Shown: positions 20,428-31,320, numbered from the stretch's first letter. The stretch is DNA of 64,000 nucleotides from Calditrichia bacterium (GCA_963796965.1 CAWCNS010000005.1:864001-928000), one strand, 5' to 3'. The notes: generated from the sequence alone by a model not told the origin. A program made the numbers and translations.

Positions 20428-20577
20428 TCTCGCAAAGACGCAAAGCCGCAAAGAAAACATTATAGAATATAATATATAATGATTCTCTTATAAAGCAAAA
20501 GACAGATACAAAATTGATATTCATATAAACTCGTCCATTTCATATTTTAAACTTTGCGTCTTGGCGCCTTAGCGAGA
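20428..20577. repeat. Inverted pair of 8-bp-periodic CGCAAAG-type repeats
   Basis: TCTCGCAAAGACGCAAAGCCGCAAAG (20428-20453) and CTTTGCGTCTTGGCGCCTTAGCGAGA (20552-20577); relatives near 614-708, 1799-1883, 60872-60943, 62971-63068. Confidence 0.8.
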
Positions 20578-20637
20578 ATATAATTCCGATATATGCATGA
20601 ATCATTTATCCCCAAGTTCCTAATTCCTAATTACATA

Positions 20638-21246
20638 TTACACTTTTATCCCATTAACAAAACCATCCAACAGAAAATCGACAATTTTATCTAAATTTAT
20701 CGCCTTACGATCCATAATCCACTGTAGCATGACACCATCAAAAGCACCAATAAAAACAGACGCGGCAGTTGTGGGATCAATAGATCGAAAGACACCTTGC
20801 TCAATACCATTTTCGAGTATTTTTGTGACCAGAGCTCTATATTCTGTATAAACACCTTTGAGATTAATCTTCTTTAAAAGCTCCTCATCCTTATTTCTTA
20901 CCCCTTCTGCCCAGAATTCCATCATAATATCGGCATAATCTGCATTTCCATGTAAGACAGATTTAAGCGATAGTTCCGCTAAAATCCTTAATTGCTTTAT
21001 TGGATTCGGTTCTGATGAAATTGCCTGTGTCACATTTGCTTCCAACGACTCAAAAAAATATGCAAAGGAAGTCGTAAAAATATCTTCTTTGCTTTGGAAA
21101 TACTCATAGATCGTTCCTTTGCCAATTCCCGCCTCAGTTGCAATATCAATCATCTTGGTTTTGACCACACCTTTGCGCGCAAAAACGCGCATGGCAACAT
21201 GTAAGATATCCATCTTTTTTGCTTCTTTGTCAACAATTCGTGGCAT
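20638..21246 (-). CDS. TetR/AcrR-family transcriptional regulator
   Basis: HTH IATEAGIGKGTIYEYF. Confidence 0.92.
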   Translation of the reverse strand: MPRIVDKEAKKMDILHVAMRVFARKGVVKTKMIDIATEAGIGKGTIYEYFQSKEDIFTTSFAYFFESLEANVTQAISSEPNPIKQLRILAELSLKSVLHGNADYADIMMEFWAEGVRNKDEELLKKINLKGVYTEYRALVTKILENGIEQGVFRSIDPTTAASVFIGAFDGVMLQWIMDRKAINLDKIVDFLLDGFVNGIKV

Positions 21247-21271
21247 TGATACTCCAAAACAATATTTATTA

Positions 21272-21319
21272 TGACCGACCGGTCAGTATTATAATAATCA
21301 ATTCAAGCACATTTGTCAA
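21272..21319 (-). promoter_or_regulatory. Promoter plus palindromic operator of the second TetR gene
   Basis: Minus-strand TTGACA (21319-21314), 17-nt spacer, TATTAT (21296-21291), then TGACCG-AC-CGGTCA palindrome at 21272-21285. Confidence 0.7.
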
Positions 21320-21479
21320 TACTTTTTTCAACAAAAAGTAGTTAACCTCCAATAAAATTTATTTATTAGCTGTTCTCCTTGCTATTGGTGGTCGAAAATA
21401 ATTTCAGAAGTAGATATTTCCTCCATTTCTGATTATATTGACATACGTTAATCCCTCCATATATTAGAGAGAGTGTCCT

Positions 21480-21833
21480 ATGATTTGTCCTGAATGTAAA
21501 TCTGAATATGTGGCAAACATATATCAGTGCCCTGATTGTGATGTTGCGTTAGTTTATGAACTACCCCCCGAGATTGAAAATCATTCTGAAGTCGCGTATG
21601 ATGAAAATTTTATTTCTATCTATTCACCGGCAAACTCACAAGAAACGGCCCTCATAAAAATGATACTGGACCGCGAAGAGATAGCCTATTTTCTTAAAAA
21701 TGAAAACAAACATGGTCTGGGAGGATCTCCAGCCTCACCCTTCATTTCAAATGCACGGATTGAATTATATGTACCACCGGACATGGCTGAACAAGCATTA
21801 GAAGTCCTAAAATCTGAACTTAGTTTAAAGTAA
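21480..21833 (+). CDS. DUF2007-family protein with N-terminal Zn-ribbon
   Basis: CPEC...CPDC; ALIKMILDREEI...IELYVP. Confidence 0.65.
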   Translation: MICPECKSEYVANIYQCPDCDVALVYELPPEIENHSEVAYDENFISIYSPANSQETALIKMILDREEIAYFLKNENKHGLGGSPASPFISNARIELYVPPDMAEQALEVLKSELSLK

Positions 21834-21883
21834 TATTACTAAATACCCATTTACCATAAGTTTGATCACATCCCCAAACAATC

Positions 21884-23538
21884 ATGTATTATAAATTGAA
21901 CCGCTGGGAAAACCAGATATTTTGGATTCTAATCATCATTCACCTTCTCCCTCTCTGGTCTGTAAACTACTTTCCAACGCAAGACGGACCTGTTCATCTT
22001 GAAAACGCCATTATCTTAAATGAATATACTAACCCAGAAGCCAAAATCTTACATGACTATTACGAAATAAATAAGCAAGATCCTTCGAACTGGTTAATTC
22101 AACTCATATTGAGCGGCTTGACACTTATTTCTCCCTTATTCATAGCTGAAAAATTACTCATTAGCATCTATGTTATATTCTTCCCACTCTCTTTTCGTTA
22201 TTGCCTTAAATCAGTAAATCCGCAATCAACATTTTTTTCATTTTTAATTTTTCCCTTTATATATAATTATTCACTTCATATGGGATTTTATGGATTTTCA
22301 TATAGCCTTATTTTGTTTTTTGGATTATTTGGCTTCTGGGTGAAGCACCGCGATAAGTTCACCCCCTTTAAACTCATCACTCTGATTGGATTGACTCTTA
22401 TCACCTATTTATTCCATATCATATCCCTGGTAATGGTTTACACGGCAATTTCTTGTCTCATATTATTATTCTATATACATGATATAAAAGTTGAAAAGAG
22501 AAAGATACGTTTCAACAGATTTAAGCATCAGGTTTTGGTTGTATTTCTAGCTGTTCTACCAACTCTATTACTTATAATTTTATTTTTGTCAGAACAAGGG
22601 ATTAACCCGGTGTATTCCACTCTTTTACAGACCGCCTGATCCAATTGGGAGCCCTTACATCCCTGTATTCTTATTTAAGAGCAGAATTATGGTTTGCGAT
22701 AGTGATAGTTCTTCTATTATTTTTTCTATCGATTTATTTAGTTAGTAATAAAATTCGCAGCAGAAGGATTAATGTTTATGACCATTTTTTAATCATCTAT
22801 GCCATTTTTCTTGGAATCTATTTCTTAGCTCCGGATAAAATCGCCAACGGCGAAATTATAAATGCCAGATTGATGCTCTATTGCTATTTCATTCTCCTCA
22901 TCTGGATAGGTGTACAAACCTACAATGAAAAATTCAAACAATACATGGTAATAATACCCATTGTTATTTCCCTGTTTATTTTGAGTTTAAATGCGTCAAC
23001 CTATGCTGAAATTAATAAAAATTTAGAAGCATTTATTCACCCCTCAAAATTAATTCAGGAGAACACTACTCTATTGGCCCTAAGCTATTATGAAACAAAT
23101 TCCAAGAATAATCAATCACTTCCCTCTTATCGGGTAAATCCTTTTATGCATGCCGCCTCACTCATCTCAGCAAAGAAAAGAATCGTAAATTTAGGAAATT
23201 ACCAGGCATGGAAGGGGTATTTTCCTATCCAGTATCGGCATCAACGTAATCCCCTGCGCCATCTTGCCATAAATTCCCAAATAGAAACGGTTCCACCTGC
23301 CATAAATATCCCCTCCTACATCAATAATACTGGCGGTCATGTAGATTATGTCTTAATTTGGTCTTTGGGAAATAAATATCGGGATCATCCCAATACAAAG
23401 TCTATTATGCGCCAGTTGGATCAAGGGTATACAAAGATATATGAATCTTCCGGACCTGAAAATTTGAGCTTATATATATCGATTGATTTTAATTCCTATA
23501 ATCGCACCAATAATAATTTTGCTGGAAAGAAAGAGTAG
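21884..23538 (+). CDS. Polytopic membrane protein, possibly a GT-C glycosyltransferase; frameshift near 22630-22645
   Basis: Many TM segments, loop motif PTQDGPVH; two adjacent ORFs in different frames read as one protein. Confidence 0.5.
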
Positions 23539-23544
23539 AAATCT

Positions 23545-23991
23545 ATGGAGAGAATTGAAAAAGCCGTTCAACTATTTGATGAGGGATCTAATTGTTCCCA
23601 GTCAATATTGGTTTCATTTGCAGATTATGTCGGATTTGATCAGGAATTAGCTTTTAGGCTGGGATCTGGTTTAGGCGGTGGTTTAGGCCGTAAACAATAT
23701 ATTTGCGGTGCTGTAAATGCCGGCGCTCTCATCTTGAGCATGAAATACGGAAACAAGCATCCAGATGAAAAAGAAAAGAAAGAAGAATCTTATAAACAAG
23801 TTGAGACATTTATCTCTAAAATGGAGAATGAATTAGGTGATGTAAATTGCTCAAGTTTGTTAAATATTGATATCTCTTCTGAGGAAGGCAAAAACGAAGC
23901 AAAAGAATTGGGCTTATTCAAAAATGTATGCCCGGCTTGTATACACGCTGTTGCCCTCTACCTTCAATCAGATTTGGATCATTCACTGTGA
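23545..23991 (+). CDS. C_GCAxxG_C_C family putative redox-active protein
   Basis: NCSQS, ICGAVNAG, NCSSLL, CPAC. Confidence 0.85.
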   Translation: MERIEKAVQLFDEGSNCSQSILVSFADYVGFDQELAFRLGSGLGGGLGRKQYICGAVNAGALILSMKYGNKHPDEKEKKEESYKQVETFISKMENELGDVNCSSLLNIDISSEEGKNEAKELGLFKNVCPACIHAVALYLQSDLDHSL

Positions 23992-24052
23992 AATTTTAAG
24001 ACCTATGATTAACCATAAAAATAGACGTCTAAGGCATGAGGAAAGTTAAACA

Positions 24053-24883
24053 ATGCTAAACATTGGCAAAATGAATACCTTAAAGATTAATAAAAGTGTA
24101 GAATTCGGTGTGTACCTGGATGGTCAGGAATATGATGAAATATTATTACCGGGAAGGTATGTGCCCAAAAATGCCGCCATCGGCTCCGATATTACTGTTT
24201 TTGTATATTTTGATTCTGAAGACCGTCTTATTGCAACGACGGAAACACCGATAGCAATGGTCGGAGAATTTAGTATGCTGAAAACTGTTATGGTCACTCA
24301 GGTTGGTGCTTTTTTGGATTGGGGGCTACCCAAAGATCTTCTCGTTCCCTTTCGTGAACAAAAACAGAGAATGGTTAAGGGCAGGAGCTACCTCGTTTAT
24401 ATTTACATCGACGAAGCCACAGATCGAATTGTTGCATCATCAAAGCTCGATAAATTCTTATTGCCCCCTCCCTCCACTCTGAGAGTCGGAGAGGTTATTG
24501 ACATTTTAATCGCTGAAAAAACTGATCTTGGATATAAAGTTATTATTAACAATAAATATCCGGGAATTTTGTATAAAAACGAAATATTTCAAGATGTTAA
24601 AATAGCCCAAACACTTCCAGCCTATATTAAAAAAATAAGAGAAGATAATAAGATTGATGTTAGCCTTAACCAACCAGGTTTTCAAAAAGTAACCAACATC
24701 ACAGATGATATTCTTACTGCTCTTCGAGACAAAGGTGGTTTTATTCCACTCAATGACAAATCAAATCCCACTCAAATATATTCGATGTTCGGCGTAAGTA
24801 AAAAAACTTTTAAAAAAGCAATAGGTGTCCTGTATCGGGAAGAACATATTTCGATTACAGATGATGGTATAAAGTTAGTTTGA
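24053..24883 (+). CDS. cvfB: S1-domain RNA-binding protein (CvfB family)
   Basis: GAFLDWGLPKDLLVPFREQ; C-terminal winged helix SKKTFKKAIG. Confidence 0.85.
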   Translation: MLNIGKMNTLKINKSVEFGVYLDGQEYDEILLPGRYVPKNAAIGSDITVFVYFDSEDRLIATTETPIAMVGEFSMLKTVMVTQVGAFLDWGLPKDLLVPFREQKQRMVKGRSYLVYIYIDEATDRIVASSKLDKFLLPPPSTLRVGEVIDILIAEKTDLGYKVIINNKYPGILYKNEIFQDVKIAQTLPAYIKKIREDNKIDVSLNQPGFQKVTNITDDILTALRDKGGFIPLNDKSNPTQIYSMFGVSKKTFKKAIGVLYREEHISITDDGIKLV

Positions 24884-25299
24884 ACAAGTACGATGGAAAG
24901 GAAGTCTCTTTGGAAAAACAGCAAAAAAGACCTGATCTTGGGGCATTCAACCATGTTGCCATCGAAGTAAAAGATTTACAATCTGCCTTGCAGTTCTACC
25001 AGGATATTTTGGGTCTTTCCGTTTTACCCATGCCAGAGGGTGTAAAGGAAAAATCTATCGCCTGGCTTGATCTCAGCGATAAACTTGCCTTGCACATTGT
25101 TCAAAAGGAAGATGCAGCACCGGGAAAGACGTCCCATTTTGCCTTCAATGTGGACGATGTTGACCAGTGGCGCAAATATTTACTCTCTAAAAATATTGAA
25201 ATCTTTCAACCTCAGATCGACATATATTCTGCTCAGCGCATATTCGTGAAAGATCCATCCGGCAATCGACTTGAATTCGTAAAGTGGCAGCATCCATAG
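24880..25299 (+). CDS. VOC/glyoxalase family protein
   Basis: NHVAIEVKDL, HFAFNVDD, KDPSGNRLE. Confidence 0.85.
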   Translation: MNKYDGKEVSLEKQQKRPDLGAFNHVAIEVKDLQSALQFYQDILGLSVLPMPEGVKEKSIAWLDLSDKLALHIVQKEDAAPGKTSHFAFNVDDVDQWRKYLLSKNIEIFQPQIDIYSAQRIFVKDPSGNRLEFVKWQHP

Positions 25300-25476
25300 A
25301 TAAATGAATACATTGTGATTGCCATATTGTTGCCTTCTATTTTCTCTATTCTCAAACCTAACCCCCTACCTTTTTTCACATTAAGAAATAATTCTATCAC
25401 CGATCTGGTTTTTAGAATATACTATTCATACTAAAATTAATAGAGATCATTGTCGCCATTCAGGAGGTTTTCTTCA

Positions 25477-25911
25477 ATGCACTATTCATGTGAGGTTTTA
25501 ATCAATCTTCCCCGGGAGAAGGTAATCAAATTATTTGATGATGCTGGAAATCTGAAGAAATGGATGGAAGGATTGGAAAGTTTTGAGCACCTTAGTGGAG
25601 AGCCTGGGCAACCCGGTGCAGAGTCACAATTGACATTTGATCATAAGGGACACCGTCTTGAGATGATTGAGACAATTAGAGAAAGAAATCTACCTGAACT
25701 ATACGCAGGTACCTACACAACCAGAGGTGTAATAAATGAGGTTATAAATCATTTTTACGAAGATGGGACAGATAGAACGCGGTGGGTGTCCGAAAATGAA
25801 TTTCAATTTAATGGATTAATGAAATTAATGGTTTTTTTTATGCGTAATGCCTTCCCAAAACAGACAAAATTCCACATGGAGAATTTTAAAAAATTTGCTG
25901 AAAAGGCCTGA
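25477..25911 (+). CDS. SRPBCC/START-domain protein
   Basis: INLPREKV...NLKKWMEG...FKKFAE; AGGAGG RBS before ATG 25477. Confidence 0.75.
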   Translation: MHYSCEVLINLPREKVIKLFDDAGNLKKWMEGLESFEHLSGEPGQPGAESQLTFDHKGHRLEMIETIRERNLPELYAGTYTTRGVINEVINHFYEDGTDRTRWVSENEFQFNGLMKLMVFFMRNAFPKQTKFHMENFKKFAEKA

Positions 25912-26107
25912 ATCACTTCATTTTTTCTCTTCACTTTTTACTGAATATCCTGTATTTTTAAATTATAGTATATCATATGATCCTGATTTATTCAAAACCG
26001 GATTTACCTAATACTATAATACCCGAATCGGGATATGAGATTTGCGATCTGTGATACTTTCAAATCATGGATTAATAGACTATAATAGTGAATTGAGTGG
26101 AGGAGTG

Positions 26108-27329
26108 ATGAATTTACAGCAGAACAATATTTTCAGATTCACCTGTATTTTTTATCTTATGATCCTGATCCTATGCCTTCTCGGATCCTTGTACTCAAGC
26201 ACTCACCCTCAGGGCCAACAGGACTCAATCCGCAAGCGAAGCCGAGAGTTAGGTATTGAGATTGGTTTAATGAGGCCAGGAGAATTAAATGCTATAACCG
26301 ATGTACAGGGCGTCAAAGTTGGACACAAGACTTTAATCACAGATAATCAGATATGCACAGGTGTAACCGCCGTAATACCTCATAGTGACAATGTCTTTCA
26401 AACCAAAGTTCCGGCGGCAATTTATTGCTACAACGCTTTTGGCAAACTTGCAGGAACTACTCAGGTTGATGAGCTAGGTAATCTTGAGACACCTATAATT
26501 TTGACGAATACCCTCAGCGTGGGAACGGCTGTTTCTGCTGTTGTTCAATATACACGTGATCAACCGGGGAACGAAAACGTTAGGTCTGTGAATGCTGTTG
26601 TCGGTGAGACCAATGATGGTTATCTCAACGATATCCGGGGACAACATATCACCAAAAGCCATGTTATTGAGGCAATTTTGAATTCTTCTACAGGTTTGCC
26701 AGCAGAAGGTACTGTGGGAGCAGGAACTGGAACATCAGCCTTTGGTTTTAAAGGGGGAATTGGTACATCTTCCAGGTTGACCCCAAAAATTAGCGGGATT
26801 CAGTATACCGTTGGCGTGCTGGTTCAATCCAACTTCGGCTGGGAGCTGACAATTAACGGTGTTCCCTTTTCCCGGGAAATAAAACAAAACACTTCCCGTG
26901 CTGAAGATGGCTCATGCATGATCGTTATTGCAACGGATGCACCGCTTTCCCCCCGAAATCTGAAACGTATTGCCAAACGGGCTTTTGCCGGTATGGCTCG
27001 TACCCGGGCTTTTATGTCCAATGGATCCGGAGATTATGCCATAGCCTTTTCAACGGCCTATCGTATTCCATACAATTCAGTCAATGATTTAGTAAAAATA
27101 CCACCACTCGTCCATAATAACCATATGAATGATCTTTTCCGCGCCACTGAAGAAGCGGTACAAGAAGCGATTTATAACTCCTTATTTATGGCTACCTCAA
27201 TTACAGGATATCAGGGACATAAGAAAGAAGCGTATCTCTCTCGATCTCGTTATTGATATCATGAAAAAATATAATATGATTAATTTGCATGACAGATTAA
27301 ATTGGTCACCTTATATATATAATGATTGA
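26108..27329 (+). CDS. P1/S58 family (DmpA-like) aminopeptidase; frameshift near 27235
   Basis: NAITDVQGVKVGH, GETNDGYLND, GAGTG, NGSGDYAIAFST. Confidence 0.88.
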
Positions 27330-27466
27330 TTGACCTAAACATCTGGAGAAATACAGAAATTATATTTCAAAAATCGAAATGGATTAATCCCGTTCTATTC
27401 TTTTAATTATGTGTATCCTTCGGTTTAATTCGGTGGTTATATATTTATTAATTTTCAGGTGAGCAG

Positions 27467-28225
27467 ATGAATGAATATTTAGAAGCACTCTTTAGACTAT
27501 ATGAAGGATTAGAGCGGCAAGGACCGGGAAGCACACAGAGTACCCTTAAGGCCCTTAACCTGATTAGAAATGATCTGCCTCTTAATCCTCAAATTATTGA
27601 CATGGGATGTGGTTGCGGTGCACAGACATTCGTATTAGCAAAAGAATTAGAGGGAAAAATTACGGCAATCGATATTTACCAACCATACCTAAATCAAATC
27701 GCAGAATATTCGAGAAATAAGGCGTATAAATCAATGATCAGCTGCCTGAATCAGGATATGGTGGCATTATCATTAGATTCCCTCAGTTTTGATTTAATAT
27801 GGTCAGAGGGTGCTATTTATATCATGGGATTCGAGAATGGTCTGCGGACCTGGCAGTCATTTCTTAGACCCGGAGGATTTATGGTTATCTCAGAATTAAG
27901 TTGGTTTAGAAATGATCCACCAAAGGAAGCATTAGATTATTGGCAGCAGGGATACCCTGGAATAAAATCTATCCCGGATAATTTGTCTGTCGCAAAAGGA
28001 ACAAATTTAGAGATTGTAGGCCATTTTTCTCTTCCGGATGAAGATTGGTGGATTAGTTATTACAATCCATTACAAATAAAAATCGACGAATTAATAGATA
28101 GGGAAAAGCCCAACCCGGGAATGAAATCTGTCATTCGGGATACCATAGAAGAAATGGAAATTATGAAGAAATATTCATATTTTTGCGGATATGAATTTTA
28201 CATACTCAAGAAACCTAAAAATTAA
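27467..28225 (+). CDS. Class I SAM-dependent methyltransferase
   Basis: RQGPGS, IDMGCGCG, DLIWSEGAIY. Confidence 0.88.
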   Translation: MNEYLEALFRLYEGLERQGPGSTQSTLKALNLIRNDLPLNPQIIDMGCGCGAQTFVLAKELEGKITAIDIYQPYLNQIAEYSRNKAYKSMISCLNQDMVALSLDSLSFDLIWSEGAIYIMGFENGLRTWQSFLRPGGFMVISELSWFRNDPPKEALDYWQQGYPGIKSIPDNLSVAKGTNLEIVGHFSLPDEDWWISYYNPLQIKIDELIDREKPNPGMKSVIRDTIEEMEIMKKYSYFCGYEFYILKKPKN

Positions 28226-28244
28226 TTTAAACGATACTTTCTAA

Positions 28245-28928
28245 ATGATATATAAATGGATAATATTTGACGCAGACGGCACTTTATTTGATTATGATGC
28301 AGCTGAATTCTACGCACTTAAAAATTCATTCGCCTCTTTTAACCTGCCCTTCTCTGCTGAATACCTTGATTTCTATCGACAATTCAATAAAGTTTTGTGG
28401 GATGAATTTGAACGTGGTGAGATCACCATACCTCTGCTCAAAACAAAGAGGTTTGATTTATTATTAAAAAAATTAGAGATCGGATTTAATCCACAAGTAT
28501 TTGGTTCTACCTATCTGGATCACCTCTCGCAGCGCCACGATTTGATTGACGGTGCAGTTAAAATACTACAAGACCTGTCAGCAAGATTCTCTCTGGTTCT
28601 TATGACCAATGGTATCAAAGAAGTCCAACGGTCACGTCTAAATTTATCTCCAATAAAGGATTTTTTCTCAGACATCATCATTTCCGATGAGGTGGGTGTT
28701 GCCAAACCTGATAAGCGAATCTTCGAAATTTCTCACGAGAGAATGTCTTCTCCTTCAAAAAACAGTTTATTGATGGTGGGTGACAACCTAAGTTCTGACA
28801 TCAAAGGTGGAAATGATTTTGGCATTGATACCTGTTGGTACAACCCTGATTCACTTAACTCAAATCCCGCAATCATACCAACTTATGAGATCAGAAATCT
28901 TGATGAACTCAGGAATATAGTAGAATGA
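28245..28928 (+). CDS. yjjG: YjjG-family HAD pyrimidine nucleotidase
   Basis: FDADGTLFD, TNG, KPD, GDNLSSDIKGG. Confidence 0.8.
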   Translation: MIYKWIIFDADGTLFDYDAAEFYALKNSFASFNLPFSAEYLDFYRQFNKVLWDEFERGEITIPLLKTKRFDLLLKKLEIGFNPQVFGSTYLDHLSQRHDLIDGAVKILQDLSARFSLVLMTNGIKEVQRSRLNLSPIKDFFSDIIISDEVGVAKPDKRIFEISHERMSSPSKNSLLMVGDNLSSDIKGGNDFGIDTCWYNPDSLNSNPAIIPTYEIRNLDELRNIVE

Positions 28929-29031
28929 AAAAAATATAACCACGGAATTACCCCCGTGAAAAGGGCAGGCCAGAAGAACATAGAAGATTCATATTAGAAT
29001 ACCAAAAGGAAAACATCCAGGAGATTCACAC

Positions 29032-29463
29032 ATGTCGATTTGGTTTATAAAACCTACGCTTGAAGATTTAAATAATCTTTCAAAAAATACAATGGTTGAG
29101 CATCTGGAGATCATATACACTGATATTGGTGATGATTATATCGCTGCCACGATGCCTGTAGATTATCGCACACATCAACCTGATGGTTTACTTCACGGCG
29201 GCGCATCTGTATCTCTGGCTGAAACATTAGGGAGTGTTGCTGCCAACTTATGTATTGATCGCTCTAAAAAGATGAGTGTTGGTTTAGAGATAAATGCGAA
29301 TCATATCCGATCTGTAAGAGAGGGCTTTGTCAAGGGGGTTACCCGTCCGATTCATATTGGGAATTCAACTCAGATTTGGGATATTAGGATATCGGACAAC
29401 AAAAATCATCTGGTCTCCGTTATCCGTCTTACAATGGCGGTCCTTGACCGGAAAAAAGAATAA
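29032..29463 (+). CDS. Hotdog-fold thioesterase (MenI/YdiI-like)
   Basis: HQPDGLLHGGASVSLAETLGS, GLEINANHIR. Confidence 0.85.
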   Translation: MSIWFIKPTLEDLNNLSKNTMVEHLEIIYTDIGDDYIAATMPVDYRTHQPDGLLHGGASVSLAETLGSVAANLCIDRSKKMSVGLEINANHIRSVREGFVKGVTRPIHIGNSTQIWDIRISDNKNHLVSVIRLTMAVLDRKKE

Positions 29464-29891
29464 TTTATCTCTAAACTAATGGGTTTTATTGTTCCGAATC
29501 AATCATTATTGTATAGGAATGTGCTTGCATTATATATGATTTTTAGGAATATTTAGGAGATTCTATTTTGAGGATCATAAATACACTATTGGATATATCG
29601 TAATGCAATTAATGAGGGTGTATAAAACAATTTTTTACCAGGAAAATATACGGAGACTCACAGGACAAAGACAAAATATTTATATATTTTCAAACATTAT
29701 TATTAATAATCTAACAAAATGCTATAATTTTTGTTTAAGTCCTTGTGAATCCGTGGTTTATTTTTAGTTTTCACCCATCCTTTTAGCCACATCTTTACTT
29801 GAGTACATTTTTTTTATTCATTTGATAGAGGAGTATAATTTTCCCATTTCAATTTTAATTATTCATTTAATATTTGAAAAAGGAGTTGAGC

Positions 29892-30215
29892 ATGGCACAC
29901 ACATTTGAGGAATTAAGGCATAAAAAAGTTGCCGAGTTGAGAGAAATTGCCGCAGAATTGGGAGAGGATGTAATTCAGGGTGCTAAACAGCTAAACAAAG
30001 AGCATCTTTTAGAAGCTTTATGCAAAGCACTAGATATTGACATGCATGTCCATCATGAGGTCGTTGGCGTTGATAAGGCTTCCATTAAAGCACAGATTAA
30101 GCAGTCAAAAAAGATGCGCGATGAAGCCATTGAATCGAAAAACCCAAAAGAAATTATAAAAGCCCGCAATAAAATTAGAAGGCTCAAAAAACAATTACGC
30201 AAAGCAATGGTTTAA
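29892..30215 (+). CDS. Small basic protein with Rho-N-like helical domain
   Basis: ELRHKKVAELREIAAELG...LNKEHLLEAL; AGGAG RBS. Confidence 0.55.
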   Translation: MAHTFEELRHKKVAELREIAAELGEDVIQGAKQLNKEHLLEALCKALDIDMHVHHEVVGVDKASIKAQIKQSKKMRDEAIESKNPKEIIKARNKIRRLKKQLRKAMV

Positions 30216-30267
30216 AGATCAAAAGCTTTGCTTACCAGAAATCCGAGTTCCTTTTTCGGGAATATAT

Positions 30268-30855
30268 ATGTCATCGAAGCGATGGAAGAAATTAGCGGCA
30301 CTCTATCCCCTGCTTAGGGCAAATCCTATTTCTGCATTCATTTTAAGACAAGAAATTGAAGTCCAGAAAGCCACTTTCAGCCCTATTTACAATGAATCTT
30401 TTGCTATAGTTGGTGATGTCGGTGTTGGCAGAGGCCACAGTTTGTATCTTCAACCGGAAGGCGCCACACTGAAAATCGCAATAGATAATTGTACAAAAAT
30501 GATTCTCCTCGACAGCACTCGGTATAAAGATACATGCTTTCTTGCCGGAGATGCACTCAATTTACCGTTTCAGCCAGAATCATTTGATCTTTTACTCTGT
30601 GTTGGTCTCAGCGAGTACATCTCAAACATTGAGCACCTGCTGTCTCAATTGCATTTGATGTTAAAACCTGGTAGATATTTATTTCTTACAAGTTCGCCAC
30701 AAAATGCCCTTACCTTTTTAAGAAAATTTATGGGTCCTAAACTATATCCCAGAACAGCTGATGAATTTAAATCAATTATAAAAAACAATGATTTTAAAAT
30801 CATCCATCAGGGCTCAACATTCTCTCAACATCAATATCTTTTAAAAAAATATTGA
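30268..30855 (+). CDS. Class I SAM-dependent methyltransferase
   Basis: GDVGVGRG, GDALNLPF, LKPGRYL. Confidence 0.75.
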   Translation: MSSKRWKKLAALYPLLRANPISAFILRQEIEVQKATFSPIYNESFAIVGDVGVGRGHSLYLQPEGATLKIAIDNCTKMILLDSTRYKDTCFLAGDALNLPFQPESFDLLLCVGLSEYISNIEHLLSQLHLMLKPGRYLFLTSSPQNALTFLRKFMGPKLYPRTADEFKSIIKNNDFKIIHQGSTFSQHQYLLKKY

Positions 30856-30893
30856 ATAAGTATATGATAATTCTAAAAGATTTAAAATTTATA

Positions 30894-31151
30894 TGTCATG
30901 TCTTGACCAGGTGTTTAGAGATTCTTGACTTCAAATCTGGAGAGAAAAAGATGCGAGTCAGGGTCATCCTGAACCCTGGCCTGTCGCTAGGACAGGCTTG
31001 TTTCTCCAAAGGAGTCCTACGGACAGGATCTAAGTGTTTAATTTTTATAAGAACCCGAAATCCCGAATTACATTCGGGAGAATGACGAATTCTGCCTACT
31101 CCAAAATTAATAATGATTATCATTTTGTAAACACCTGGTTAAGACAATACA
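30894..31151. mobile_element. 258-bp MITE-like element with nested palindromic insertions
   Basis: 25-bp terminal inverted repeats (21/25 identical, TG...CA ends) flanked by ATTTATA direct repeats at 30887-30893 and 31152-31158. Confidence 0.7.
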
Positions 31152-31320
31152 ATTTATAATTGATTAATGGTATCCACTCTCTGAGATTTATGATAAAACT
31201 TGTATAAATACCTCAAGATACTTGCGCCTCATAGATTCAATTATTATTATTTAAAAATTTTTCATGTTAATTGTTGTATAATTAATCGTAGTCGGCTTTA
31301 ATTGATGAAAGAGGCCCCCA

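Noticed and set aside
22620..22660. TGA read-through (selenocysteine) joining the two membrane-protein ORFs
   Set aside because: The downstream ORF is in a different frame, so read-through would not join them.
21884..23538. Dedicated glycosyltransferase for the OmcE-like cytochrome
   Set aside because: The family call is weak, and the gene lies about 7 kb from the operon in a different transcription unit; nothing in the sequence links them.
30852..31123. Two short opposing ORFs (77 and 75 aa)
   Set aside because: They largely coincide with the MITE-like nested repeat and show no protein motifs.
31160..31320. NAD-responsive operator or riboswitch upstream of pncA-pncB
   Set aside because: Only generic AT-rich sequence; I could not see a convincing palindrome or conserved RNA structure.
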